This document shows, piece by piece, positions 16,575 through 26,067 of a stretch of 64,000 nt of DNA. The position numbers were made by a program, and so were the translations under genes. The stretch's first letter is position 1; the number at the start of each line of letters is the position of its first letter. Where the stretch lies: contig CALHSA010000001.1 of assembly GCA_938038205.1 (NCBI GenBank), positions 211 to 64,210 on the forward strand, written 5' to 3'. The notes beneath the pieces were generated by a model. It had not been told where the DNA came from and did no database searches. It was given only the letters and a program-made list of their open reading frames with translations. Source of the stretch: an uncultured bacterium (GTDB taxonomy: Bacteria; Bdellovibrionota_C; UBA2361; JANWWW01).

Positions 16575-17866
16575 CCAACTATTTGACTTACAAATAAGTT
16601 TGGATCGAAACTAAGTAATGAGTCAGCATCTTCTCCCGCACTTATGAAAGTAATTGGTATCTTTAGATCTCGAGAGATTCTAAAAATAAAACCGCCTTTT
16701 GCCGCACAATCAAGCTTAGTGAGTATTATTGAACTAACATTAACTATTTCTAAGAACTCTTTTGCCTGAGAAAAGGCTGTCTGACCTGCAGTGGCATCCA
16801 AAACCAAAAAAATTTGCTCAGGTTGATTGGGAAGTTGTTTTGAAATAACTTTTTTTATGCCAGCCAATTCCTGCATTAAGTGGCTTTTATTATGCAGTCT
16901 TCCCGCTGTGTCAATGAGTACAAAATCGAATTTTTCAGATATTGCTAATTTTATAGCATCGAAAACAACAGTTTGAGGTTTATCGGCTTCAGGATTTGCA
17001 AAACAGGGCACTCCAATTTTTTTACTCCAAATGAGTAGCTGTTCCTCTGCTCCCGCTCTGAACGTATCTGCTGCAACTGTTAAAACCTTTCTCCCTAGTT
17101 TGTTAATTTTATGAGCCAGTTTAGCAACTGTTGATGTTTTACCTACACCATTGACTCCCACAAAAAGAAAAACTCGAGGAGAGCTGTGATAGCTTTTTAA
17201 ATCCAGCTTAGTTGGGATCAAAAAAGATTCAAGAATTTTTTTGAGATTAGTTGAATCAAAGGATTCATTAAGTTTACCTAGTACTTGCTCTGTTAATTCA
17301 ACTCCACAATCCGAAGAAAGAAGCCTCTCCTTAACATCTTTTAAATCAAGCTTTTGAGTGCTAGAAAATATCCTAAGATTTTTTAACCTTTGCCAAAATG
17401 ACTCTGTGGTCTCATTTTCCTCTTTCTCACTTTCTTGGGTAAAGTTTTCCTGTGTATCTTGAATTATCGTATCTTCAAAAAGCTTCTGAACTGGATTACT
17501 CTCGCTAATGCTTTCAACGTCTTCTTCACTTGGTTGTTCTGATTTAAAACGCTTGTGAATTTTCTTAATTCTTTCATAAGATTTATTTACTTGCTCTTTT
17601 ATCAATTCCAAGTTTCTTGTGGTGTTCGTATTCATTGAATTTAATGAGTTTTCAATCCTTTGAAGTTTGCCGAAAACCCCTTCTAATTTCTGAATCGAAT
17701 TAGCAAAATTATTCAGTAAGCTTTTATTTGATGCTTGGCTCTTACCAAGTATAAATGAAACTAGGGCAACAAACAGAATGAAAATCGTTAAGCTAAAGCC
17801 ACCAATTTCAAAAGCGTTTACAAAGTTGGTAAAAATTTCAGCTAAATCTAGGTTTAGCGAGCTCAT
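16571..17866 (-). CDS. ftsY: Signal recognition particle receptor FtsY
   Basis: SRP-GTPase motifs GVNGVGKTST, DTAGRLHNK, TKLDCAAKGG. The N-terminal membrane anchor and acidic domain are as expected. Confidence 0.9.
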   Translation of the reverse strand: MSSLNLDLAEIFTNFVNAFEIGGFSLTIFILFVALVSFILGKSQASNKSLLNNFANSIQKLEGVFGKLQRIENSLNSMNTNTTRNLELIKEQVNKSYERIKKIHKRFKSEQPSEEDVESISESNPVQKLFEDTIIQDTQENFTQESEKEENETTESFWQRLKNLRIFSSTQKLDLKDVKERLLSSDCGVELTEQVLGKLNESFDSTNLKKILESFLIPTKLDLKSYHSSPRVFLFVGVNGVGKTSTVAKLAHKINKLGRKVLTVAADTFRAGAEEQLLIWSKKIGVPCFANPEADKPQTVVFDAIKLAISEKFDFVLIDTAGRLHNKSHLMQELAGIKKVISKQLPNQPEQIFLVLDATAGQTAFSQAKEFLEIVNVSSIILTKLDCAAKGGFIFRISRDLKIPITFISAGEDADSLLSFDPNLFVSQIVG

Positions 17867-17896
17867 TTTTCATTTTAGTATAACAAACAATTACCT

Positions 17897-20686
17897 TTAA
17901 TTTGTAAGGTTCGCAACCTCCTTTGGTAGAGAATCAAGATCAAGTGATATTACTTCAGTCACTGCATCTGAATTTAACGTAACACCTAAGAGAGAGGAAG
18001 CAGCATACATTGTTAGTTTGTTATGGGTAACACAAATAATTTGAGTCCACTTTTTTAAAGAGTTAATTAAATTAATGAATCTACCAACATTTATATCATC
18101 AAGTGGTGCATCAACCTCATCGAGAAGTAAAACAGGTGATCCACTCTCAAATGCAAGCGCAGACAAGAAAGCTAAGCTTATGAGGGTTTTTTCTCCACCT
18201 GAAAATTGGCTTAATGACAGAGATTTTTTATTGCGCAACTGTACATGTATACTTATACCCTGCGCATCTGATACCAAATCGCCTGAACTACCAGGGAAGA
18301 GAATTTGCAATGTATCTTTAAATCTTGCGCGAATTTTTTCATAAAAGTCGTTAAAGGCAGTTTGATACTCAGTTTTGAGTTTTGAGATCTCTGTAGCTAA
18401 TGCTTGGATTGATTTCTCTGCATCCTTAATTGATTCCTGAATCTTAACCAAATCTTCTGATAATAACTCAAATTCAGAGATAACTGATTCATCAAAAATT
18501 TGCGAAAGTAGACTTTCTTTCCCTAATCTTTCAATTTTTTCATCTAGATTAGCCAAATCAGTATGCTCAATTTCGGATTCATTTATATCTTCCCAACTTA
18601 ATAAAAATTTACTTAGCAGACCCTCTAGTTTGTTTACTTCTGAGTATTGAATGAACTCTATCTGCCGAGATAATTCACTGATCCTATTCTCGATTGATTG
18701 AGATTGAGATCTTTTTTCAACTATTTTCGATAGTACGTTCTGCAACTCTAATAATTCTTTTCTTTTTACTTCTTCAATTGACTGTGAATCATTAAATTCT
18801 TTTTGAATTTTTTCGAGTTCATTATTAACCAAAAAAGCTTTAGAACGTAGATTCTCAATTTCTGCTGCACAATTTTGAATTATTGTTTCTAACTGTTTTG
18901 CTCTACTAATACTTAAGTCAAGATCTTTTTGATGAGTATTTTTCTCAAGTTCATCAAGAATTCCCTCTAAGTATCTCGATTCACCAAGCAGCTTTTCTTT
19001 ACTATTTTGTGCGTTAATAAGCTCTTTTTGTTTTGATGCTACTAAATTTTCTAACGAGGAGAGTTCAGCTTCTAATTCAATAGATTTAGCCTCCAGTTTA
19101 GCTAAATTTTCTCTTAATTCTTTTAAATCCAAGGAGATTTGAATAGGGTTTGATGAGTCAAAATCTGGCTTAAATAAAAACTGGTCAATTATTAAAGCAT
19201 TTTTCTCTTCAAAATATCTGAGAAAGTTATCGTTTTTTGAAATTAATTTAATTAATCTTTTTACAGCCGTAGAAATATCCTCATTATTATTCAGCAAATA
19301 AGCTGTTCCTGGCTGAATTTCTTTATCCTTAGCGTAGTAGTCAATATCTCGAAGGCCTGGGAAAATTAGACTCAAAATTGGCAAGTATTCATCTAAATTT
19401 AAATCTTGCAAAAGTTTTAAATTAGGAAAAGAATCTTCCAGTTTTTTAATTCTCTTCTTTAACTCATCTTGGTTTTGAATGTTCTCCTGAATTACTCGAT
19501 TTAAATTATTTTTATTTTTGACTAATGAAACAATTTCAGTTTCAAGTGCGTTTATTTTGCTCACTATTGTAGTTAGTTCGAGTCTTTTTTCAGATAGTAT
19601 TATCTTTAAATCTCTAGCTTTTGTTTTCTCTTCATCAATTTTTTTTCTAAGAAGCTCAATATTCTGAGTAACCTCTTCAAGTTTAGTTTTATTTGATACT
19701 AACTCAGATTCTTTTTGATTTATTAATCTCGAAAGCTCTTCATAATGTGCTTTTAAGTTAAAATAATCGTTAGTGTTAAAATTTTTTTCACTGCTTTCTA
19801 GGGCAGCTATTTTTGCTGAAATATCTGCTCTCAATTCCTCAAAATATTTAATCTCTGTTTCTATATGCTCTTTTAGACTTAACAACTTATCCCTCTCATT
19901 TTTGAGTAAAGAGGTTTCTTTTTCAATAAACTCTTCGATTTGAATTTGTTTAAGCTTTAAAAGTTTTTTCAGTTCTCTCCTCGCTGACTGAGCTTTTTCA
20001 TATTTTGAGATTTGTTTTTTTAAGAAATTGTATCGCTCAAGTAGATTTTTCTCTTTTTCTAAAAGCTTATTTAAATAGTCATATGAAGAGTTTATTTTAC
20101 TCTCTGAATCTTTGATCCTATCTTGAGCTTCAATTAAACCACAACTTTCCTCCAAGTAGATTTTTAAATCTGAGGGTTTGAGATCCACGATTTTGTCAAT
20201 TTCACCTTGTGCGATTGTGCTACATGACTTGAATGTTAACCCTAGGTATCTTACAAGATCTTTTATATCTTTAAGTCTAACTTGGGTATCGTTAATTAAA
20301 TACTCTTGCTCCCCATCCCTAAAAAGTCTTCGGGTTATTTGGAGTTCTGTTCCCTTTATAATATTACCAAATCGAGATGAAAAATAATCTGAATCTATAA
20401 AATACTCACTGACTTTACTAGGATGAGGATTCTGAATTGTTAAAGAGACTTGAGCCATCCCCAATTGACGCATCGATTTAGAGCCAGCAAATATTAAATC
20501 GGTTGAATCTTTAACTCTTAAAATAGAAGGTCGGCTTTCACCACAAACCCATCTTAGTGCATCTATAATGTTTGATTTACCACAACCGTTTGGACCTACT
20601 ATACAAGTTATTTCAGAGTTGAAATTAATGTCAACCGCTTTATGAAAACTTTTAAAACCTAATGCAGATAATCTGGCAAGCTTCAC
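17897..20686 (-). CDS. smc: Chromosome segregation protein SMC (compact form)
   Basis: N-terminal head GFKSF...IVGPNGCGKSNIIDALRWVCGE. C-terminal signature and Walker B: FSGGEKTLISLAFLSALAFESGSPVLLLDEVDAPLDDINV. Long coiled coils lie between them. Confidence 0.85.
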   Translation of the reverse strand: MKLARLSALGFKSFHKAVDINFNSEITCIVGPNGCGKSNIIDALRWVCGESRPSILRVKDSTDLIFAGSKSMRQLGMAQVSLTIQNPHPSKVSEYFIDSDYFSSRFGNIIKGTELQITRRLFRDGEQEYLINDTQVRLKDIKDLVRYLGLTFKSCSTIAQGEIDKIVDLKPSDLKIYLEESCGLIEAQDRIKDSESKINSSYDYLNKLLEKEKNLLERYNFLKKQISKYEKAQSARRELKKLLKLKQIQIEEFIEKETSLLKNERDKLLSLKEHIETEIKYFEELRADISAKIAALESSEKNFNTNDYFNLKAHYEELSRLINQKESELVSNKTKLEEVTQNIELLRKKIDEEKTKARDLKIILSEKRLELTTIVSKINALETEIVSLVKNKNNLNRVIQENIQNQDELKKRIKKLEDSFPNLKLLQDLNLDEYLPILSLIFPGLRDIDYYAKDKEIQPGTAYLLNNNEDISTAVKRLIKLISKNDNFLRYFEEKNALIIDQFLFKPDFDSSNPIQISLDLKELRENLAKLEAKSIELEAELSSLENLVASKQKELINAQNSKEKLLGESRYLEGILDELEKNTHQKDLDLSISRAKQLETIIQNCAAEIENLRSKAFLVNNELEKIQKEFNDSQSIEEVKRKELLELQNVLSKIVEKRSQSQSIENRISELSRQIEFIQYSEVNKLEGLLSKFLLSWEDINESEIEHTDLANLDEKIERLGKESLLSQIFDESVISEFELLSEDLVKIQESIKDAEKSIQALATEISKLKTEYQTAFNDFYEKIRARFKDTLQILFPGSSGDLVSDAQGISIHVQLRNKKSLSLSQFSGGEKTLISLAFLSALAFESGSPVLLLDEVDAPLDDINVGRFINLINSLKKWTQIICVTHNKLTMYAASSLLGVTLNSDAVTEVISLDLDSLPKEVANLTN

Positions 20687-20721
20687 CTGAGACTAATTTT
20701 AAATTAAACTAAGTAGACTAT

Positions 20722-21315
20722 CTATTTGTTTTCTTTCATAACCTCAACAGTATACGCAACCGCACTTATAACGCCAAAAATTAATGAGATGATCAAGAGG
20801 TAAAAACCTACATTGTATAGAGTGATTGCATAACCACCAAAAGTTCCAATCCGAATGTCTCCAAGAATCAGAAGGGATGTTGCTAACATTTGTAAAGATG
20901 TTTTCCACTTTGCCGTAAATGATGCAGCCAGCGCTTTATTCTGTAGAGCATGAATAGATCTTAAACCAAGTACCCAAATTTCCCTTATAACAAATAAGGC
21001 TACAAGCCAAGCTGGAAGGTATGTTTGATCTGTTAAGACTCCAAGCTCAGTTCTTTTCAATTCTACTAGCATTATTAAAACACTAATTACAAGGATTTTG
21101 TCGGTTAATGGATCTATTAGTTTTCCAAAATCGGATACTACTTGATATTTTCTGGCAAGAAAACCATCAAAAAAATCACTTAGTGCAGCTATTATGAAAA
21201 GAGTAAAAGCTAAAATGCGATTAAGTTGGGTTGGATCACTAAGTAATACTAGCAAAGCAAAAGTTATTACCATTCGGCTATAAGAGAGGTAATTCGGTAT
21301 GTCTTTCAGCTGCAT
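20722..21315 (-). CDS. pgsA: CDP-diacylglycerol--glycerol-3-phosphate 3-phosphatidyltransferase
   Basis: CDP-alcohol phosphatidyltransferase motif DFFDGFLARKYQVVSDFGKLIDPLTDK. Multiple TM helices. Confidence 0.85.
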   Translation of the reverse strand: MQLKDIPNYLSYSRMVITFALLVLLSDPTQLNRILAFTLFIIAALSDFFDGFLARKYQVVSDFGKLIDPLTDKILVISVLIMLVELKRTELGVLTDQTYLPAWLVALFVIREIWVLGLRSIHALQNKALAASFTAKWKTSLQMLATSLLILGDIRIGTFGGYAITLYNVGFYLLIISLIFGVISAVAYTVEVMKENK

Positions 21316-21348
21316 ACAGCTATAATTCCGTTTAAATTACTTAAGAGA

Positions 21349-21924
21349 TTATCCCAAATTTGTATAATAGTTGTAAAACTTAAGAACTTTTTTTACAAAG
21401 TCTTTTGTCTCAGGAAATGGAGGAACCCCTCCATATCTATCAACAGCCTTCGGTCCTGCGTTATAAGCGGCTAAACTTAAGATTAGGTTTTGATTGTATT
21501 TGTCTAATAAATACCTGAGATATTTGGTGCCCCCAAATATGTTTTCCTTTGGATTAAAAGGATCCTTGATCTTTACAAAAGCGACAGTTTCAGGCATTAA
21601 CTGCATTAATCCTAAGGCCCCCTTATTAGATTTAGCGTATGGATTAAAATTTGATTCCGCTTTAATAATTGATTTAATTAAATTTGGATTTATATCAAAG
21701 GTCTTTGCAGCTAATTGTATAAAATGAATAAACTCAGAATGGGATTTAACAGATGGCGCTACAATGGAGAAGTTCTTGCTCCCTGTAAATATTCTATATT
21801 TCTCCCTTGGGAGCGGTTTTCTGGTGGTGAAGGTAATAGATCCATCAGGATTAAAAATTTGATAAATCACCGAACCTTGAGTGTATAAAAAACCTAAGAT
21901 TAGAGTTAACAGTATTCTATTCAA
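21349..21924 (-). CDS. Lytic transglycosylase (SLT domain)
   Basis: Motifs: [25 protein letters not shown] and [15 protein letters not shown]. Confidence 0.85.
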   Translation of the reverse strand: MNRILLTLILGFLYTQGSVIYQIFNPDGSITFTTRKPLPREKYRIFTGSKNFSIVAPSVKSHSEFIHFIQLAAKTFDINPNLIKSIIKAESNFNPYAKSNKGALGLMQLMPETVAFVKIKDPFNPKENIFGGTKYLRYLLDKYNQNLILSLAAYNAGPKAVDRYGGVPPFPETKDFVKKVLKFYNYYTNLG

Positions 21925-22060
21925 GGCAGCTTAGTAAAAATATGATTGTTTGTGTACAAAAAAGGTATACCCTCTTTATTCAGTAATTAGGTTTACCTTA
22001 AATCGCGTGATTTACAGCCCTAAAAATTGTTCAATTAAAACAAACAGGTTTTAAAATAAA

Positions 22061-22085
22061 ACAACCCCCTTTTTAAGGGGGTTGT
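22061..22085 (-). terminator. Rho-independent terminator downstream of the flagellin gene
   Basis: Perfect 9-bp GC-rich stem ACAACCCCC / GGGGGTTGT with a 7-nt loop. T-rich runs flank it on both strands. Confidence 0.75.
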
Positions 22086-22114
22086 TTTGATGAAATTATA
22101 ATTTATGTATTAAA

Positions 22115-22957
22115 TTACCTTAAAAGAGCTAAAGCCAAAGATGGCTGCTGATTGGCTTGAGCGAGGACAGCTGCACCTGCTTGTTGTAAGATGGTTAATC
22201 TCGTAAGCTCAGCAGCCTCTGCTGCAACGTCAGCATCCCTGATTCGAGATTCTGCTGCAGCAAAGTTCTCTCTTGCAACACTAAGGTTTGTAATAGCAAC
22301 ACGTAACCTTGCCTCAGCAGCACCTAAATTTCCTCGAATTGCGGATACACTGGCAATAGCCTCTTTAACGGTACTCAATGCAGTTTGAGCAGCGTCTTGA
22401 GTTGAAATACTTCTGTTCAAAGCTTTTGAGCCTGCAGCAGCTAAACCAATATTTTGTAATTGTGCCTGAACATTTGATATTGTTAATCTACTGTCAAGTG
22501 AGTTATCCAGCCCAATTTGAAGGGTAATTGTAGCGTTTCCAGAAATAAGATTGACTCCATTGAACACAGTTGTATCTGCTATTCTTTGAATTTCGGATCC
22601 TAACGCTACAAATTCATTCTGCAAAGCACTCCTTTGCTCGTTACTAAATACACCGTTTGCTGACTGCTCTGCCAATTCTGCCATTCTTGTCAAAATTGCA
22701 GAGATTTGTCCTAAAGCACCATCAGCAATTGCAACGACTGAAACACCATCATTAGCATTCCTAATAGCTACACTAGCTAATCTCTGATCAGCTCTTAAGC
22801 TATCAGCAATCGCTAGTCCAGCAGCATCATCAGAGGCCTTGTTAATCCTCTGACCTGAACTTAATCTCTCAAAAACTTCATTCAACCTCAAAGAGGCATC
22901 TGATAACCTTCTTTGAGCTTGAAGTGAAATTATATTTGAACCTAAAGTTATTGCCAT
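22115..22957 (-). CDS. fliC: Flagellin (short form, D0/D1 only)
   Basis: Conserved N-terminus: LSSGQRINKASDDAAGLAIADSLRADQRLASVAIRNANDGVS. Conserved C-terminus: AESRIRDADVAAEAAELTRLTILQQAGAAVLAQANQQPSLALALLR. A GGGAGG RBS lies upstream. Confidence 0.95.
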   Translation of the reverse strand: MAITLGSNIISLQAQRRLSDASLRLNEVFERLSSGQRINKASDDAAGLAIADSLRADQRLASVAIRNANDGVSVVAIADGALGQISAILTRMAELAEQSANGVFSNEQRSALQNEFVALGSEIQRIADTTVFNGVNLISGNATITLQIGLDNSLDSRLTISNVQAQLQNIGLAAAGSKALNRSISTQDAAQTALSTVKEAIASVSAIRGNLGAAEARLRVAITNLSVARENFAAAESRIRDADVAAEAAELTRLTILQQAGAAVLAQANQQPSLALALLR

Positions 22958-22984
22958 TTTCCTTTACCTCCCATTTGAAGTTTA

Positions 22985-23010
22985 ATATCGACGAAAAGTT
23001 AAAAAACTTA
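22985..23010 (-). promoter_or_regulatory. Sigma-28 (FliA)-type promoter candidate for the flagellin gene
   Basis: The minus strand reads TAAGTTTT-N10-GTCGATAT, against the remembered consensus TAAAGTTT-N11-GCCGATAA. The -10 element ends 27 nt before the ATG. Confidence 0.55.
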
Positions 23011-23128
23011 AGTAAAAAATTACTCTGTTTAATTCTTTTTTTTTCAGAAGTTTAAAAAAGCATGAAGAGATGTTATTAAAATATAAGTTCCAGCCTTTAA
23101 GACACTTCTGAATTTTAATTAATCAATT

Positions 23129-24145
23129 TTATTTATCTTCTTCATTATCTTCACCATCTGGCCCTTGCTCTAATTCATCTCTGAGGCTGTTAAAAGAATC
23201 TATCACTGTTTTTGCAAATAATTTCTGAGTATCATTTCCCTTATTAAGAACATCTGTTAGATATGCCTCTATCTCTGGGTCAAAAACTACATGACCAGAT
23301 AAATACTCAAAATCAGATACGAGAAGTTTGCCTTCATCTGTTGCTAACAGATCAGAGAACTTTTTAATTCCTTCAAGACCATTATTCAAAATAGCCGCAG
23401 CTATATATTTACGATACTTGCTATCACTAGCTTTAAACTTCTCTACAAGAAAACCAAGGGCCTCATCTGGTGGCACAGCCTCTGATAAACCTAAACCCTT
23501 CAGGTCATCCGATGAGGGGTCAGGAGATTTCAGTAAATAATCATAAAGAATCTCAATTGCTTTAACAGAATCTTGATTGGTTATACCAGCTAAGATGCTC
23601 TCCTTTAAAGCTGGATCCTCCACACTATTTAATTTTTCCCCAAGCCATTCTAGTACCTCATCATTTGCAACTATCAACTCTAGTGCATTTCTTACAAACT
23701 CTTTATCTGAGGACGTTTTTAAGCTCGCATATAGCTCAAGTAGAAAGTCTAGATTCGACGGATTCCCAGAAACTGCCAAAAGTTCTGCATAAAAATTCTT
23801 AGCTTCCGAGGTTAACTCTTCAGTTAAAAGGAGGTTTCGGATCTTGTTGTAAAATTCGTTGCACCATGAACAATTAACTGGAAGAGTAAAGGATTCAATA
23901 AATTCAATATCATACTTCTCAACTGCCTCTTTTGAAGCTTTAAAAGCTTCCTCAGCTGAGTTAAACCTTTGTGGTGAGCTTTTAATTTGACTTAACTCTA
24001 AGTCAGCAATTTGATTGTCTAATTCAGAAACTTCTCGATCGTTCGAGAGAGGTTTTTCTGCAAATTTTGAAAAAATAATATAACTGATTACAACAAGGGC
24101 TAAAAGAACAATCCCTGCTAAAATATGTCTCATACAACTGGACAC
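23129..24145 (-). CDS. Membrane-anchored hypothetical protein with helical (HEAT-like) repeats
   Basis: N-terminal TM helix (ILAGIVLLALVVISYIIF), a CSWC motif, repetitive alpha-helical segments, and an acidic tail. No confident family assignment. Confidence 0.6.
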   Translation of the reverse strand: MSSCMRHILAGIVLLALVVISYIIFSKFAEKPLSNDREVSELDNQIADLELSQIKSSPQRFNSAEEAFKASKEAVEKYDIEFIESFTLPVNCSWCNEFYNKIRNLLLTEELTSEAKNFYAELLAVSGNPSNLDFLLELYASLKTSSDKEFVRNALELIVANDEVLEWLGEKLNSVEDPALKESILAGITNQDSVKAIEILYDYLLKSPDPSSDDLKGLGLSEAVPPDEALGFLVEKFKASDSKYRKYIAAAILNNGLEGIKKFSDLLATDEGKLLVSDFEYLSGHVVFDPEIEAYLTDVLNKGNDTQKLFAKTVIDSFNSLRDELEQGPDGEDNEEDK

Positions 24146-24192
24146 CTTAACTATATACCTTTTTTAAATTTAAAATAAAGTAAAAATATTAC

Positions 24193-24441
24193 TTGATGGA
24201 GGTAGATAGGCTTTTATTAAACGAAATAACTGATTACTTGAATCAAATAAGAGATATTGAAGCAAACTTGGCCAAGTTTGCAAACTTAACCCACAAGTTA
24301 AAGGGTGGAATGGCTTTTTACGGCTTTAACCAACCATTAAAAGATCTATCTTCTTTAGAGTTAAAATTAGATGAGTTACGACTCTCATTAAAAACTGTGG
24401 AAAGTATATTAGAAAAAATTAAAATACCTTCTCAAAAATAG
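24193..24441 (+). CDS. Small Hpt-like (histidine phosphotransfer) protein, truncated
   Basis: LTHKLKGGMAFYGF resembles the Hpt HxLKG(S/A)xxxxG phosphorylation-site helix. At 82 aa with a TTG start it is shorter than a full four-helix Hpt domain. Confidence 0.5.
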   Translation: MMEVDRLLLNEITDYLNQIRDIEANLAKFANLTHKLKGGMAFYGFNQPLKDLSSLELKLDELRLSLKTVESILEKIKIPSQK

Positions 24442-25000
24442 CCGATTCTATTGATTCTGAGATTTGTTGCGCAAAGAGAGAATTAGTCTGATCAGTATCT
24501 ATTGAACCAACATCTCGAGCAGACCTTAAATCCTTACTTAAATAGCCTTTCGAAATTGAGTCGACGCCACCTTCATCAAAGGCTGCTAAACCAACTGCTG
24601 AAAAGCTCGATACCTTTTGATCTCCTGAGTTCCAGATTTTATCCCCATTTGCATCCACTAATTCAATGGAGTAAGTTAAAGTTCGATACTCATCTATATC
24701 AAAAGTTCCAGTTTTACCAAGAGCTCCGTAAACTGAATCAAGTTTTTTAAGATTTACCATAATGATTGCATCAGCATGAGCCACATTATCCACTAGTTCT
24801 ACATCTCGATAGCGTAGTATAAGTGAAGTAATACTTTCTAGAATTTTAACTTCAAGATCTGTATCGCTAGTAAGATTTTCTCCAAGTTGCACTGCTATCT
24901 TAGAGTACCTTTCACCAATCTTTGATTGCGATCCAGAAAATTGGTACCCACAAGAAACAAGGAGGAACAGTAAAGCTAGAAAAAATTTAAAATTCACCAA
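24419..25000 (-). CDS. lptE: LPS-assembly lipoprotein LptE-like
   Basis: Lipobox followed by CGYQFSGS, which parallels the CG(W/F/Y)(H/Q)LRG start of LptE. DEYRTLTYSIELVDANGDKIW resembles the LptE core strand pattern. Confidence 0.55.
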   Translation of the reverse strand: MVNFKFFLALLFLLVSCGYQFSGSQSKIGERYSKIAVQLGENLTSDTDLEVKILESITSLILRYRDVELVDNVAHADAIIMVNLKKLDSVYGALGKTGTFDIDEYRTLTYSIELVDANGDKIWNSGDQKVSSFSAVGLAAFDEGGVDSISKGYLSKDLRSARDVGSIDTDQTNSLFAQQISESIESAIFEKVF

Positions 25001-25271
25001 GCTCCAATTTTATCAAAAATCTAATTTTATTTTGTACCTCTTGTAACCTTTCAGCAACAATACTCTTAGCTGAGCTAATAAGAGCATTCAATTTGTTTAA
25101 TTCTTGCTGAATCTTCTCTAGATCCTCTTTTGAAAAATCTAACATTTTAGTCTCGAGTAATGAATGAATTTTTTCTACAAGTAAATTAAGCCTATCATAA
25201 TTATGCTGAGCTAAAGCTTCAAGACACTGATTAATTAAGGCTTGAATTTCTTGAGAACTACTGGCTGTCAT
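24987..25271 (-). CDS. Hypothetical coiled-coil protein
   Basis: 94-aa all-helical ORF overlapping the lptE-like start. It resembles small FlgN/FliT-type export chaperones only loosely. Confidence 0.45.
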   Translation of the reverse strand: MTASSSQEIQALINQCLEALAQHNYDRLNLLVEKIHSLLETKMLDFSKEDLEKIQQELNKLNALISSAKSIVAERLQEVQNKIRFLIKLELGEF

Positions 25272-25277
25272 TCAAAC

Positions 25278-25703
25278 TTATGGTGTAGAAAAATTACCTA
25301 AAAGCAGTTGGTTTGAATCTGATTGAATATTACAAAACTTGAGTGCTTCTAAAAAGAATCCTCTGCCAATAGCTGATAGAAATAAAAAACCAAACTGCAG
25401 TAATTTAATAACAGTATATACGATCGAATTAAATACCTTTAGGTTTTCTGGTATGACTTTAACTCCCTTTGCGAAACCAAAATGAGTTAAACCTTTTTTG
25501 GTAAGCTTCAGCAAAGGATATATTGAATACTTTCTTAAAAACATCACTGTGTAATTGTACCGTTTCAAAATTATATTTTTGCTCCTAATCACAAATAACG
25601 TAAGATAGAAAAAAACCGTCCTTCTGTGCTTATTTTTAACTGTAAGCTGAAAATTATATTTGAAAGAATCTTTAACATTAAAAAAGTTTAAATTTTTTAG
25701 CAT
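25278..25703 (-). CDS. Doubtful ORF: very basic, low-complexity hypothetical protein
   Basis: 141-aa ORF downstream of hpf with a K/F/L/N-rich composition and no motif. It may be genuine or may be an AT-rich non-coding spacer. Confidence 0.3.
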   Translation of the reverse strand: MLKNLNFFNVKDSFKYNFQLTVKNKHRRTVFFYLTLFVIRSKNIILKRYNYTVMFLRKYSIYPLLKLTKKGLTHFGFAKGVKVIPENLKVFNSIVYTVIKLLQFGFLFLSAIGRGFFLEALKFCNIQSDSNQLLLGNFSTP

Positions 25704-25731
25704 GCCATGACTGAGAATCTACCATCCAAAC

Positions 25732-26040
25732 TTACTGTTTTTCATGAAGTTTCTCTTTGTGTCGTCTTAATTGCTCCCGTATAATACTTTTCAATCGGTT
25801 GACCAGGGTATAAAAATCCTTCTCCTCAGTTGATACAACTAGTGTAAAGTTTGGGAATCGAGCCGAAACCTCACCAAAACAGAGATTCTTTTTACTTAAT
25901 ATCACGTGAACAAAAACGTTTCGATCGAAAAAACTTTTAAAAACACTAGTAAACTTTTTTTTTATATGTTCAGTCAAAGATGGGCTTGATTGAAAGTTTC
26001 TAAATGTAATTTTAAATTCAATATTACTTTCGGTAGACAT
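25732..26040 (-). CDS. hpf: Ribosome hibernation promoting factor (sigma-54 modulation protein family)
   Basis: About 100 aa with an N-terminus of the type FKITFRNFQSSPSLTEHIKKKF. It holds the conserved position immediately downstream of rpoN. Confidence 0.8.
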   Translation of the reverse strand: MSTESNIEFKITFRNFQSSPSLTEHIKKKFTSVFKSFFDRNVFVHVILSKKNLCFGEVSARFPNFTLVVSTEEKDFYTLVNRLKSIIREQLRRHKEKLHEKQ

Positions 26041-26067
26041 TTTTGTAATTTTACCTAAAGTGTTAGT

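Noticed and set aside
25278-25703. Considered as a structured RNA gene (6S, tmRNA, RNase P, SRP RNA) instead of a CDS
   Set aside because: The sequence is uniformly AT-rich, with no GC-rich helices or conserved RNA motifs that I recognise. It is kept as a low-confidence ORF.
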